Positions 27,473 through 35,584 of a stretch of 64,000 nt of DNA are shown one piece after another. How positions within the stretch are numbered: the first letter of the stretch is position 1; the number at the start of each line of letters is the position of its first letter. The notes under the pieces are model-generated. The model made no database searches, had not been told where the DNA came from, and was given only the letters and a program-made list of their open reading frames with translations. A program made the position numbers and the translations under genes. The stretch is from a bacterium UBP1_UBA4783 (GTDB lineage: Bacteria > Krumholzibacteriota > Krumholzibacteriia > Krumholzibacteriales > Krumholzibacteriaceae), in the NCBI GenBank assembly GCA_002403075.1, contig DHHB01000082.1, positions 32,213 through 96,212 of the forward strand, in the 5' to 3' direction.

Positions 27473-27505
27473 GAGCCTTCCTCCTGTAAACGGGGCAGGG
27501 GTATC

Positions 27506-27543
27506 AGTATAGGGCCGCCGCGGACCCTCGACAAGGGAAAACG
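27506..27543 (-). promoter_or_regulatory. Minus-strand promoter TTTTCCCTTGTCGA-N17-TATACT for trxB.
   Basis: Reverse complement of 27506-27543. The predicted start site is ~25 nt upstream of the trxB ATG. Confidence 0.45.
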
Positions 27544-27683
27544 CCGGCGCCGGGCGCCCGCAGGTGCGGGTTGACCGTTCGCGGCCCTCGCAGCCGCCGA
27601 CCGCCGCGCGGCCGCGGCCGGCCCGAAGTATTGCCGCGGCGCTCCCGTACGTGGTATCGTTTCTCCCGCAGGGGAGGCTTTCC

Positions 27684-28664
27684 ATGCCCGCGAATCTGCC
27701 GCCGCAATACTTCAAGGCCGAGGAGGAGTACAAGAGCGCGAAAACCCTTCCCGAGAAGATCGCGGCGCTCGAGGCCATGATGGCCGTCATGCCTCACCAC
27801 AAGGGCACGGACAAGCTCCGCGCCCAGCACACGCGGCATCTCTCGCAGCTTCGCGAGCAGCTCGAATCGGGAGGGAAGGGGAAGCGGCCGTCGATCTATC
27901 ACATCGAGAAGCAGGGCGCCGCGCAGACGATCCTCGTCGGACCGCCGAACGCCGGCAAATCGTCGATCCTCGCCTCGCTCACCCATGCCGCGCCCCACAT
28001 CGCCGATTACCCGTACACCACCGCGCAACCCGAGATCGGCATGATGCCGTACCGCGACATACAGATTCAGATAATCGATCTTCCGCCGACGGAGGGGGAC
28101 GTGCGGAAGCTCCCGTTCTACAACCTCCTGCGCACCGCCGACGCCCTCGTATTCGTCGTCGACGCCTCGGGCGAGCCGGACGCCGAGGTCCTTCTCCTCG
28201 TCGAGGAGCTCGCCGACGGAAAGGTTTTCACGCCTCTTTTCGGGAGCGGGGACCTGCCGGTCGGCGGCGTGCGCGCGCGGGCGCTCGTCGCGCTCAACAA
28301 GGCCGACTCGGCGGACGCGCCGGCCGCCGCCGGCAAGGTGCGCGAGGCCGTAACGGACCGGATCCGCGTCGTAGCCGTCTCCGCCCGCGACGGGACGGGG
28401 ATCGAGGCTCTCAAGGACGAGATCTACGGCGTCGTCGAGATCGTGAGGGTCTACACGAAGGTGCCCGGAAAGAAGGCCGATCTCGGAACGCCGTTCGTTC
28501 TCGCGCGCGGCAGCACGGTGATGGATCTCGCGCGGGAGATCCACCGCGATTTCGCCGAGGGGTTCCGGTTCGCGCGCATCTGGGGGTCGGGACGCTTCGA
28601 CGGGCAGAGCGTGGAGCGCGATCACGTGCTCGAGGACGGGGACATCATCGAGCTTCACCTCTGA
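27684..28664 (+). CDS. Obg/DRG-like GTPase with a C-terminal TGS domain.
   Basis: G1 GPPNAGKSS, G3 DLPP, G4 NKAD and a TGS-like C-terminus. The start is at MPANL after RBS GGGGAGG. Confidence 0.7.
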   Translation: MPANLPPQYFKAEEEYKSAKTLPEKIAALEAMMAVMPHHKGTDKLRAQHTRHLSQLREQLESGGKGKRPSIYHIEKQGAAQTILVGPPNAGKSSILASLTHAAPHIADYPYTTAQPEIGMMPYRDIQIQIIDLPPTEGDVRKLPFYNLLRTADALVFVVDASGEPDAEVLLLVEELADGKVFTPLFGSGDLPVGGVRARALVALNKADSADAPAAAGKVREAVTDRIRVVAVSARDGTGIEALKDEIYGVVEIVRVYTKVPGKKADLGTPFVLARGSTVMDLAREIHRDFAEGFRFARIWGSGRFDGQSVERDHVLEDGDIIELHL

Positions 28665-29506
28665 CGGCGCATCGCGCGCAGCAGGGCGAGGTTCCGGCGG
28701 TCGTTGCGGCCGCGCTCGTCCTTCGGCGTCTCGAGGATCATGGGACGGTCGAGGAACCGGCCGTCGTTCACGAGGAGCGAAAACGCCCGCTCTCCGATCC
28801 TTCCCCGGCCGATGTGGGCATGCCGGTCCGCGCCGCTCCCGAGCTCCCTCGCGGAATCGTTCAGATGAAAAACCTCGATCCGTTCGAGGCCGATCGCGCG
28901 GTCGAAGAGCGCGAACGTTCGATCATAGGCGCGCCTCGTGCGCAGGTCGTAGCCGGCCGCGAAGACGTGGCAGGTGTCGAAGCACACGCCGAGCCGATCG
29001 CCGCGGCGGCAGAGATCGAGAAGCCGGGCGAGCTCCTCGAAGCTTCCTCCGAGGGTGTCTCCCTGCCCGGCCGTCGTTTCGAGCAGGAGCCGCGTTCCCG
29101 CGTCCTTCGCGCCGGCGAGCGCCGCGTCGATCGCGCGAGCCGCGCGCCGAAGCGTGCGTGTACCGTCGTCGCCGCGGCCGCTTCCCGGGTGGAGAACGAG
29201 TCGGCCGACGCCGAGCGCGCCGGCTCGCCGGAGCTCGTCGCCGAGCCCCGCGATCGAGCGCTCGAGAAGCCGCGGATCGGGAGAGGCGATATTGAGGAGA
29301 TAGCTCGCGTGCCCCACGACGAATCCCGGGGCGAAGAGGGAGGAGAGGGCGCGGAAACGCTCGATCTCGCCGGCGGCGAACGGACGCGCACGCCACTGGC
29401 TCGGGCTTTTCACGAAGATCTGCACGGCGTTGCACCCGAGCGCCCGGCCGCGCTCGAGAGCGAGGTGCGCGCCTCCCGCGATCGACATGTGGGCGCCGAG
29501 ATTCAC
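28655..29506 (-). CDS. nfo: Endonuclease IV (AP endonuclease).
   Basis: TIM-barrel AP endonuclease 2 pattern MNLGAHMSIAGG...HASYLLN...LETTAGQG...FDTCH. Confidence 0.85.
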   Translation of the reverse strand: MNLGAHMSIAGGAHLALERGRALGCNAVQIFVKSPSQWRARPFAAGEIERFRALSSLFAPGFVVGHASYLLNIASPDPRLLERSIAGLGDELRRAGALGVGRLVLHPGSGRGDDGTRTLRRAARAIDAALAGAKDAGTRLLLETTAGQGDTLGGSFEELARLLDLCRRGDRLGVCFDTCHVFAAGYDLRTRRAYDRTFALFDRAIGLERIEVFHLNDSARELGSGADRHAHIGRGRIGERAFSLLVNDGRFLDRPMILETPKDERGRNDRRNLALLRAMRRQR

Positions 29507-29617
29507 GTGCGTTCCGCCTTCGAAAGCCTCGAGGGCCGGGTGTGGGATGGGCGGGCGGGCTTATCCTTCTGAGCGCTTGCATTCGCTCCCCGGCGGGTAG
29601 TACTATCACATCGAACG

Positions 29618-29875
29618 ATGGGAGGCCACGGAGAAATGAACGGCAGCGCGAACGACGAGTTCGTCGAGCTCGAGAAGGTTCAGGGGGATTTCGAGGCGCA
29701 GGTTCTGAGAAGCCTCCTCGAATCCGAGGGGATCGACGTGATCGTGAAGGCCGGCCTCGTCCATACGGTTCATCCGCTGACCGTCGACGGCCTCGGCGAG
29801 GTTCGCGTGTGCGTGCGCGACGGGGACGTCCCCCGCGCGCGGGAGATTCTCGACGCGTTTCGGGAGCGCCGGTAG
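29618..29875 (+). CDS. Small DUF2007-like protein.
   Basis: 85-aa ORF with the pattern E..A..L.S.L...GI.....D.... Family assignment is tentative. Confidence 0.4.
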   Translation: MGGHGEMNGSANDEFVELEKVQGDFEAQVLRSLLESEGIDVIVKAGLVHTVHPLTVDGLGEVRVCVRDGDVPRAREILDAFRERR

Positions 29876-29877
29876 CG

Positions 29878-31005
29878 ATGGCGCGGGATGCCCTCCCGGC
29901 GTCGAGCGGCGAGGATCCCGAGTTCCTGTCACGCCAGCTCATCACGTATATCGGCAACAAGCGAGCCCTGCTGGGTCAGATCGCCGCGGCGTCCGAGCGC
30001 GTCAAGCGCCGACTCGGGAAGAGCAAGCTGCGCGTATTCGACGCGTTCAGCGGCTCCGGGATCGTCTCGCGGTTCTTCAAAGCGTACTCATCGTATATCG
30101 CGAGCAACGACATAGAGGATTACGCCGCGACGGTCTCCCGTTGCTTTCTCCGCAACAGGAGCGCGGTCGACATGCCGGCGCTGCGCCGGCTCGTTGACGA
30201 TCTGAACGAGCGGGTTTCGACGGTCCCCTTTCAGCCGGGATTCATCGAGGAGCTCTACGCCCCGCGCGACGACGACGCGATCACGAAGGACGACAGGGTC
30301 TTCTACACCCGCGCGAACGCGCGGCGTCTCGACAACTACCGTCGGCTCATCGAATCCGCACCGGACGGCGAGAGGGACCTGCTCCTCGGCCCGCTCCTTA
30401 GCGAGGCGTCGGTACACGCCAACACGGCGGGCGTATTCAAGGGCTTTTACAAGAACAGACATACGGGGATCGGCCGGTTCGGCGGAAGCGGCGCCGACGC
30501 GCTCGGCCGCATAACGGGCGAGATACGGCTCGAGCCGCCCGTTCTCAGCAGGTTCGAGTGCGATCACGAGGTGTTCCAAACCGACGCGGCGGCCGCCGCG
30601 CGAGGACTCCAAGATCTCGACCTCGCGTACCTCGATCCGCCGTACAACCAACATCCGTACGGGTCCAACTATTTCATGCTCAATCTGCTCGTGTGGTACG
30701 AGCGTCCGGAGCGCGTGAGCCGCGTTTCCGGAATTCCCGCGCACTGGCGGCGCTCCGGATACAACGTCCGGGCGAGGTCGCTCCCGCTTCTGCGGGAGCT
30801 CGTCGCCGCGATCGACGCTCCGTTTCTTCTCGTCTCGTTCAACGACGAGGGGTTCATCGCCCCGTCCGCGATGCGCTCGATGCTGGAGGAGGCGGGGAGG
30901 GTGGAGACCTTCGAGACGAGGTACAACGCCTTTCGCGGGAGCAGGAGCTTCGCGAACCGGCCGCTCCACGTGACCGAACGGCTGTTCCTCGTCGAGCGGA
31001 GATAG
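29878..31005 (+). CDS. D12-class (Dam-like) N6-adenine DNA methyltransferase with no cognate nuclease in view.
   Basis: Motif I FDAFSGSG, motif IV DPPY (LAYLDPPYNQ) and N-terminal YIGNKRALL. The start is at MARDALP. Confidence 0.7.
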   Translation: MARDALPASSGEDPEFLSRQLITYIGNKRALLGQIAAASERVKRRLGKSKLRVFDAFSGSGIVSRFFKAYSSYIASNDIEDYAATVSRCFLRNRSAVDMPALRRLVDDLNERVSTVPFQPGFIEELYAPRDDDAITKDDRVFYTRANARRLDNYRRLIESAPDGERDLLLGPLLSEASVHANTAGVFKGFYKNRHTGIGRFGGSGADALGRITGEIRLEPPVLSRFECDHEVFQTDAAAAARGLQDLDLAYLDPPYNQHPYGSNYFMLNLLVWYERPERVSRVSGIPAHWRRSGYNVRARSLPLLRELVAAIDAPFLLVSFNDEGFIAPSAMRSMLEEAGRVETFETRYNAFRGSRSFANRPLHVTERLFLVERR

Positions 31006-31139
31006 CGGTCGTTCGGCCGGCAGGCGAAGCGGCGCCGAGCCTCGCGGCGGGCGCGAGAAACGAGGGGCGGCGCGCCCCCGCGCGGACGTTCTTCGGGCCT
31101 TGCCAATTCGCGGGGACTTCGCTATTATCCCCCCTGCGT

Positions 31140-31214
31140 GGGGGCTTAACTCAGCGGTAGAGTGCTATCCTCACACGATAGAAGTCGCAGGTTCAAATCC
31201 TGCAGTCCCCACCA
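31140..31214 (+). tRNA. tRNA-Val (anticodon CAC).
   Basis: Manual fold: acceptor GGGGGCU/AGUCCCC with one G:U pair, D-arm ACUC-AGCGGUA-GAGU, anticodon stem CUAUC/GAUAG with loop CUCACAC, T-arm GCAGG-UUCAAAU-CCUGC, CCA. Confidence 0.75.
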
Positions 31215-31331
31215 TGAGTTTTCCGCGCGGCGCTTTGTGCCGGCGGACGTCTCCGCCGTCCCACCCGGCGGCTCCCGAACAGGCCCGTTATGCGACATCG
31301 TACCCCCCCACCCGGTGCGAAGGAGTGTGCC

Positions 31332-34300
31332 ATGATGCACGGCTCGATGTTCGCCCGTCGCCGCCGCGGCGCCGCCGCGGCCGCACTCGCGGCGCTCGCG
31401 GTTCTGTGTGCTCTCGTCCCGGCGTCCGGCGCCCGCGCGGCGGACGCGCGCCCCCTCATGCGTTTTCCCGACATCTCCGGCAACATGATCGCGTTCGTGT
31501 ACGGGGAGGATATATGGTCGGTGAGCGCGGACGGCGGCGTGGCGACGCGGCTCACGATCCACGACGGGCAGGAGCGCTACCCGCGGTGGAGCCCGGACGG
31601 CTCGATGATCGCCTTCACCGGCGAGTACGACGGGAACGCCGACGTGTACGTGATGAACGCGCGCGGCGGCGCCATCACGAGGCTCACGTACCATCCGGAC
31701 AACGACCGGGTCGTCGGATGGCATCCGACGAAGAACAAGATCATGTTCATCTCGGGCCGGAAACACTTCAGATTCACGAAGCTCTATCTCGTCTCTCCGG
31801 ACGGCACGGGGCTCGAGGAGACGATCCTGCACAACGTCGCCCACGCGAGCTTCTCTCCCGACGGATCGAAGATCGCCTACAACGAGGACGAGCGCGAGTT
31901 CCGCACGTGGAAGCGCTACCGGGGCGGCCTCGCTCAGGAGGTCCTCCTGTACGATTTCTCGACGGACGAAAAGCGCAACCTCACGAACTTCGACGGCACC
32001 GACCGCTTGCCGATGTGGATCGGAGACGCCGTCTATTTTTCCTCCGACCGCGACGGCGTTCTCAACATCTATTCGGTCGACCCGCGGTCGGGCGCGATCG
32101 AGCAGCTCACGCGCCATACCGAGTACGACGTCCGCCGCCCGAGCGAAGGGGACGGACGCATCGTCTACGAGCTCGGCGGAACGCTGTGGGTGCTCGACGT
32201 CGCGACGAAACGGACGCGGCAGGTGCCCGTCGAGATCGGGGCGGACGCCCCGGAGATTCGGCCGACGCTCGTCGACGTCGCCGGGTTCATACAGGACGTC
32301 GACATATCGCCGAGCGGCAAGCGCGCCGTCGTGGTCGCGCGGGGAGAGGTCTTCACCGTTCCGAAGGAGCACGGTCCCATACGCAACCTGACGCGCGACA
32401 GCGGCTCCCGGGACAAGGACGCCGTCTGGTCGCCGGACGGAACATCGATCGCCTATCTTTCGGACCGCAGCGGCGAGTACGAGATATACGTCGCCGACGC
32501 CGGGGGCGCGGGCACGCCGATGCGGCTCACGACGAGCAGGGACGGGTACCGCCATACGCTCCGCTGGTCGCCCGACGGCTCGAAGATCGCCTTCACCGAC
32601 CAGACGCTCACCCTGTATTTCGTGGACGTCGCGACGAAGAAGATCACGAAGGTCGACAAGGCCGAGTACGAGCACATGGACGTCTCCCTCGACGCCAAGG
32701 ACATCTACGATTTCGCCTGGTCCCCCGACGGCAGGCATCTCGCGTACTCGAAGATGAGCGCGGACCTCGTCTCGCAGGTCTACGTCTATTCCCTCGGCAC
32801 GAAGGAGCCGCGCTGCGTCTCGAACGGTCTCTTCAACGATTTTCATCCCGCGTTCTCGCGCGACGGGAAACGCCTCTTCTTCGTTTCGAACAGGCGCTTC
32901 GATCCCGTCTTCTGCGATTTCGAGTGGGAGATGGTCTACAAGAAATCCTCGGGGATCTACTGTCTGGCCCTTCAAGCCGACGCCGGGCCTCTCTTCCCGC
33001 CGCGGAGCGACGAGGAAACCGCCGGGAAGCCGGCCGCCCAAGAGGAGGGAAAGGCGAAGTCGAAAGCGCGCGCCGATAAGGACGACGGCCTCGTCCGCAT
33101 CGACTTCGACGGCATCGCCGAGCGCATCGAACGCCTCCCGCTCCCCCCGGGCAACTACCGCTTCCTCGCCGCCGGCGAGAAGGCGCTCTTTTATCTCAAC
33201 CGCGCCGACGGCGATTTCAACCGCTTCGAGTTCCGCCTTCCGGGATCGATGAGCCTCTACGCGTTCGACTTCGAGGAGCGCGAGGAGAAAAAGGTCATCG
33301 ACGAGATCAACTCGTACGCCCTCTCGGCCGACGGATCGAGCATCGCGTACCGGCAGGGACCGGTCGTCGGCATCGTCTCCTCCGACGCGCGCGAGACGCC
33401 GGGCAGCCCGCTCGATCTCGGCGACCTCTCGATGTGGCTCGACCCGCGCGCCGAGTGGACGCAGATCTTCAACGAGGCCTGGCGCATGGAGCGAGATTTC
33501 TACTACGAGCCCGGAATGCACGGCCTCGACTGGAACGCGATGAGGGAGAAGTACGGACGCCTCATGCCGTACGCTTCCTGCCGCCAGGACGTCGAGTTTC
33601 TCGTCGGCGAGCTCATCGGCGAGCTCAACACGTCGCACACGTACGTCTACGGAGGAGACCGACGCCGCGCGGCGGAGCCGGTCGGGGTCGGCATGCTCGG
33701 CGCCGATTACGAGGTCGACGCGGCCTCGAACCGGTACCGCGTCGCGAGGATACTGCGCGTTTCCGACTGGACGCGCGAGGTCCTGCCGCCGCTCGTGCGT
33801 CCGGGGCTCCGGGTCGCGGAAGGGAACTATGTCCTTCGCGTGAACGGACGGGAGATCACGGCGGACAAAGAAATCTACGCGTGCTTTCAGGGTCTCGCGG
33901 GGAAACAGACGTCGCTTCTCGTGAACGACAAGCCGTCCGAGACGGGGGCGTGGGAGATCGTCGTCGAGCCGCTCGGGAGCGAGAACACCCTGCGTTACCT
34001 CGATTGGTGCGAGAGCAACAGGGCGATCGTGGAGAAGGAGTCGAACGGAACGATCGGCTACATCCACCTGCCCGACACCTACACGGGCTCGGCGCGCGAG
34101 TTTCCGAAGTACTTCCTGAGCCAAACGCGCAAGCGGGGGATCGTCGTCGACGGACGCTTCAACGGCGGAGGCCTCGATCCGTCGATCTTCCTCCAGCGTC
34201 TCACGCGGCCGATCACGGGATATTGGACCCGCCGCCATTCGCACGACCAGACGAGTCCGTTCTTCGCCGTCACGGCGCACCTCGCCTGCCTCACGAACCG

Positions 34301-34655
34301 GCAGGCAGGCTCCGGCGGCGACGAGCTGCCGTTCGAGTTCCAGCTTCTCGGGCTCGGTCCCGTCATCGGAACGCGCTCGTGGGGCGGTCTCGTCGGCGTA
34401 TCGATGTTCATCGATCTCGTCGACGGCGGCGGGCTCACCGCGCCCGATTACCGGATCTACGATCCGAACGGAAAATGGGTCGTAGAGAACACGGGCGTCA
34501 CGCCGGACGTCGAGGTCGAGCTTCATCCGGCCGAGATGGCCCGCGGCTACGACGCCCAGCTCATGAAGGGGATAGAGGTCCTCGCGAAAAAGATCGCGGA
34601 GGGGCCTCGGCCGTGGCCGAAACACGAAGCTATCCCCCGCGACAATATGAAGTAG
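31332..34655 (+). CDS. Tricorn protease homolog (peptidase S41B).
   Basis: About 1100 aa with a signal peptide, N-terminal beta-propeller WSPDG repeats, a PDZ region and a C-terminal S41 catalytic domain. RBS AGGAG lies 6 nt upstream. Confidence 0.8.
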   Translation: MMHGSMFARRRRGAAAAALAALAVLCALVPASGARAADARPLMRFPDISGNMIAFVYGEDIWSVSADGGVATRLTIHDGQERYPRWSPDGSMIAFTGEYDGNADVYVMNARGGAITRLTYHPDNDRVVGWHPTKNKIMFISGRKHFRFTKLYLVSPDGTGLEETILHNVAHASFSPDGSKIAYNEDEREFRTWKRYRGGLAQEVLLYDFSTDEKRNLTNFDGTDRLPMWIGDAVYFSSDRDGVLNIYSVDPRSGAIEQLTRHTEYDVRRPSEGDGRIVYELGGTLWVLDVATKRTRQVPVEIGADAPEIRPTLVDVAGFIQDVDISPSGKRAVVVARGEVFTVPKEHGPIRNLTRDSGSRDKDAVWSPDGTSIAYLSDRSGEYEIYVADAGGAGTPMRLTTSRDGYRHTLRWSPDGSKIAFTDQTLTLYFVDVATKKITKVDKAEYEHMDVSLDAKDIYDFAWSPDGRHLAYSKMSADLVSQVYVYSLGTKEPRCVSNGLFNDFHPAFSRDGKRLFFVSNRRFDPVFCDFEWEMVYKKSSGIYCLALQADAGPLFPPRSDEETAGKPAAQEEGKAKSKARADKDDGLVRIDFDGIAERIERLPLPPGNYRFLAAGEKALFYLNRADGDFNRFEFRLPGSMSLYAFDFEEREEKKVIDEINSYALSADGSSIAYRQGPVVGIVSSDARETPGSPLDLGDLSMWLDPRAEWTQIFNEAWRMERDFYYEPGMHGLDWNAMREKYGRLMPYASCRQDVEFLVGELIGELNTSHTYVYGGDRRRAAEPVGVGMLGADYEVDAASNRYRVARILRVSDWTREVLPPLVRPGLRVAEGNYVLRVNGREITADKEIYACFQGLAGKQTSLLVNDKPSETGAWEIVVEPLGSENTLRYLDWCESNRAIVEKESNGTIGYIHLPDTYTGSAREFPKYFLSQTRKRGIVVDGRFNGGGLDPSIFLQRLTRPITGYWTRRHSHDQTSPFFAVTAHLACLTNRQAGSGGDELPFEFQLLGLGPVIGTRSWGGLVGVSMFIDLVDGGGLTAPDYRIYDPNGKWVVENTGVTPDVEVELHPAEMARGYDAQLMKGIEVLAKKIAEGPRPWPKHEAIPRDNMK

Positions 34656-34710
34656 AGTCTCCGCGTGCCGGGACGAGGAGCCCCGGGGCTCCCATGCTTC
34701 GATCGCGAGG

Positions 34711-34747
34711 CCGGGCGGGATATCGGAAATCCCGTCCGGCTTTTTTT
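34711..34747 (+). terminator. Intrinsic terminator after the tricorn gene.
   Basis: 11-bp stem CCGGGCGGGAU/AUCCCGUCCGG, loop AUCGGAA, then CUUUUUUUGGGG. Confidence 0.7.
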
Positions 34748-34808
34748 GGGGGGCGCCCGCGAGGACAGGATTCGGGGATGCTTCTGCGTGCGCTCGCCGT
34801 TTCGAGCG

Positions 34809-34849
34809 TGTAAACATTTGTTTACAATTGTTCCGCCTTGCGGTATAAT
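34809..34849 (+). promoter_or_regulatory. Near-consensus sigma70 promoter TTTACA-N17-TATAAT, overlapped by a perfect palindrome TGTAAACA-TT-TGTTTACA (candidate operator).
   Basis: -35 at 34821-34826 and -10 TATAAT at 34844-34849 with an exact 17-nt spacer. The 8-bp inverted repeat spans 34809-34826. It sits in an AT-rich island ~180 nt upstream of the 35030 and 35585 genes. Confidence 0.6.
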
Positions 34850-35029
34850 CGATCGGTAATCCAAGCAATATTCCTAGGGGTTTGACAAGTTCCGCCGTCT
34901 CTGTGGCTTTGCCGTCCAGCGCGCAAGCGGAGGCGATCCCGGGTGCCATTGTTTCGTATCGCATTGAGAAATATGCGTTTTCCCATCGAAATTCCTTCCG
35001 ATGATCCGCTCAAGCAGGGGGTGGCTGTT

Positions 35030-35569
35030 ATGAAACGGGTCGTTCTCTTGTTTCTCGCCTCGATCCTTTTCCTCGCGTTCGCGGCCGATATCGGCCTCGC
35101 GACGAAGATTGTGTACCGGAGCCCGCGCGAGCTCGCCGACGAGTCCTCGCACATCGTGCGGGGAAGGGTCGAGCGCGTGCGGTCGTTCTGGAATCGCGAG
35201 CAAACCAAGATATTCACCGAAGCCGTCATCGCGGTGGACGAGACGTACAAGGGCGCCGCTCTCGGCGAAGCGCGCGTCCTTCAGCTCGGCGGAATCGTCG
35301 GCCACGTGAACATGCGCGTCGAAGGCGCGCTCTCGTGGAGGCTCGATGAGGAGGTGCTGCTCTTCCTCGAGCCCGGCATGCAGGGCACGTTCAACGTCGC
35401 GGGGTTCTCGCAGGGGAAGTACGAGATCGAGCGCGATCCGAGGACGAACCGGGCGTTCGTGCGTTCACCGGGGCTTCCCGATACGGAGCTCGTGGGGAAG
35501 CCGAACGGGGCGGCGCCGCGGCGCATCGGTCTCGGAGATTTCATCGATGAAGTCGTCGGACAAAGGTAG
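35030..35569 (+). CDS. Secreted 179-aa protein of unknown function, co-transcribed with the giant protease.
   Basis: Signal peptide MKRVVLLFLASILFLAFAADIG. It ends 16 nt before the RBS and ATG of the 2388-aa gene. Confidence 0.5.
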   Translation: MKRVVLLFLASILFLAFAADIGLATKIVYRSPRELADESSHIVRGRVERVRSFWNREQTKIFTEAVIAVDETYKGAALGEARVLQLGGIVGHVNMRVEGALSWRLDEEVLLFLEPGMQGTFNVAGFSQGKYEIERDPRTNRAFVRSPGLPDTELVGKPNGAAPRRIGLGDFIDEVVGQR

Positions 35570-35584
35570 AAAGGAGGGATCGCC

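Noticed and set aside
34860-34900. Possible sigma54 -24/-12 element near GGTTTGACAAGTTCCGCCGTCTCTGTGGCTTTGCC upstream of the protease operon.
   Set aside because: The GG and GC dinucleotides are not at the required 10-nt spacing (TGGC-N-GC did not align). The TTGACA there has no acceptable -10 at 16-18 nt. The 34821-34849 sigma70 promoter is far stronger.
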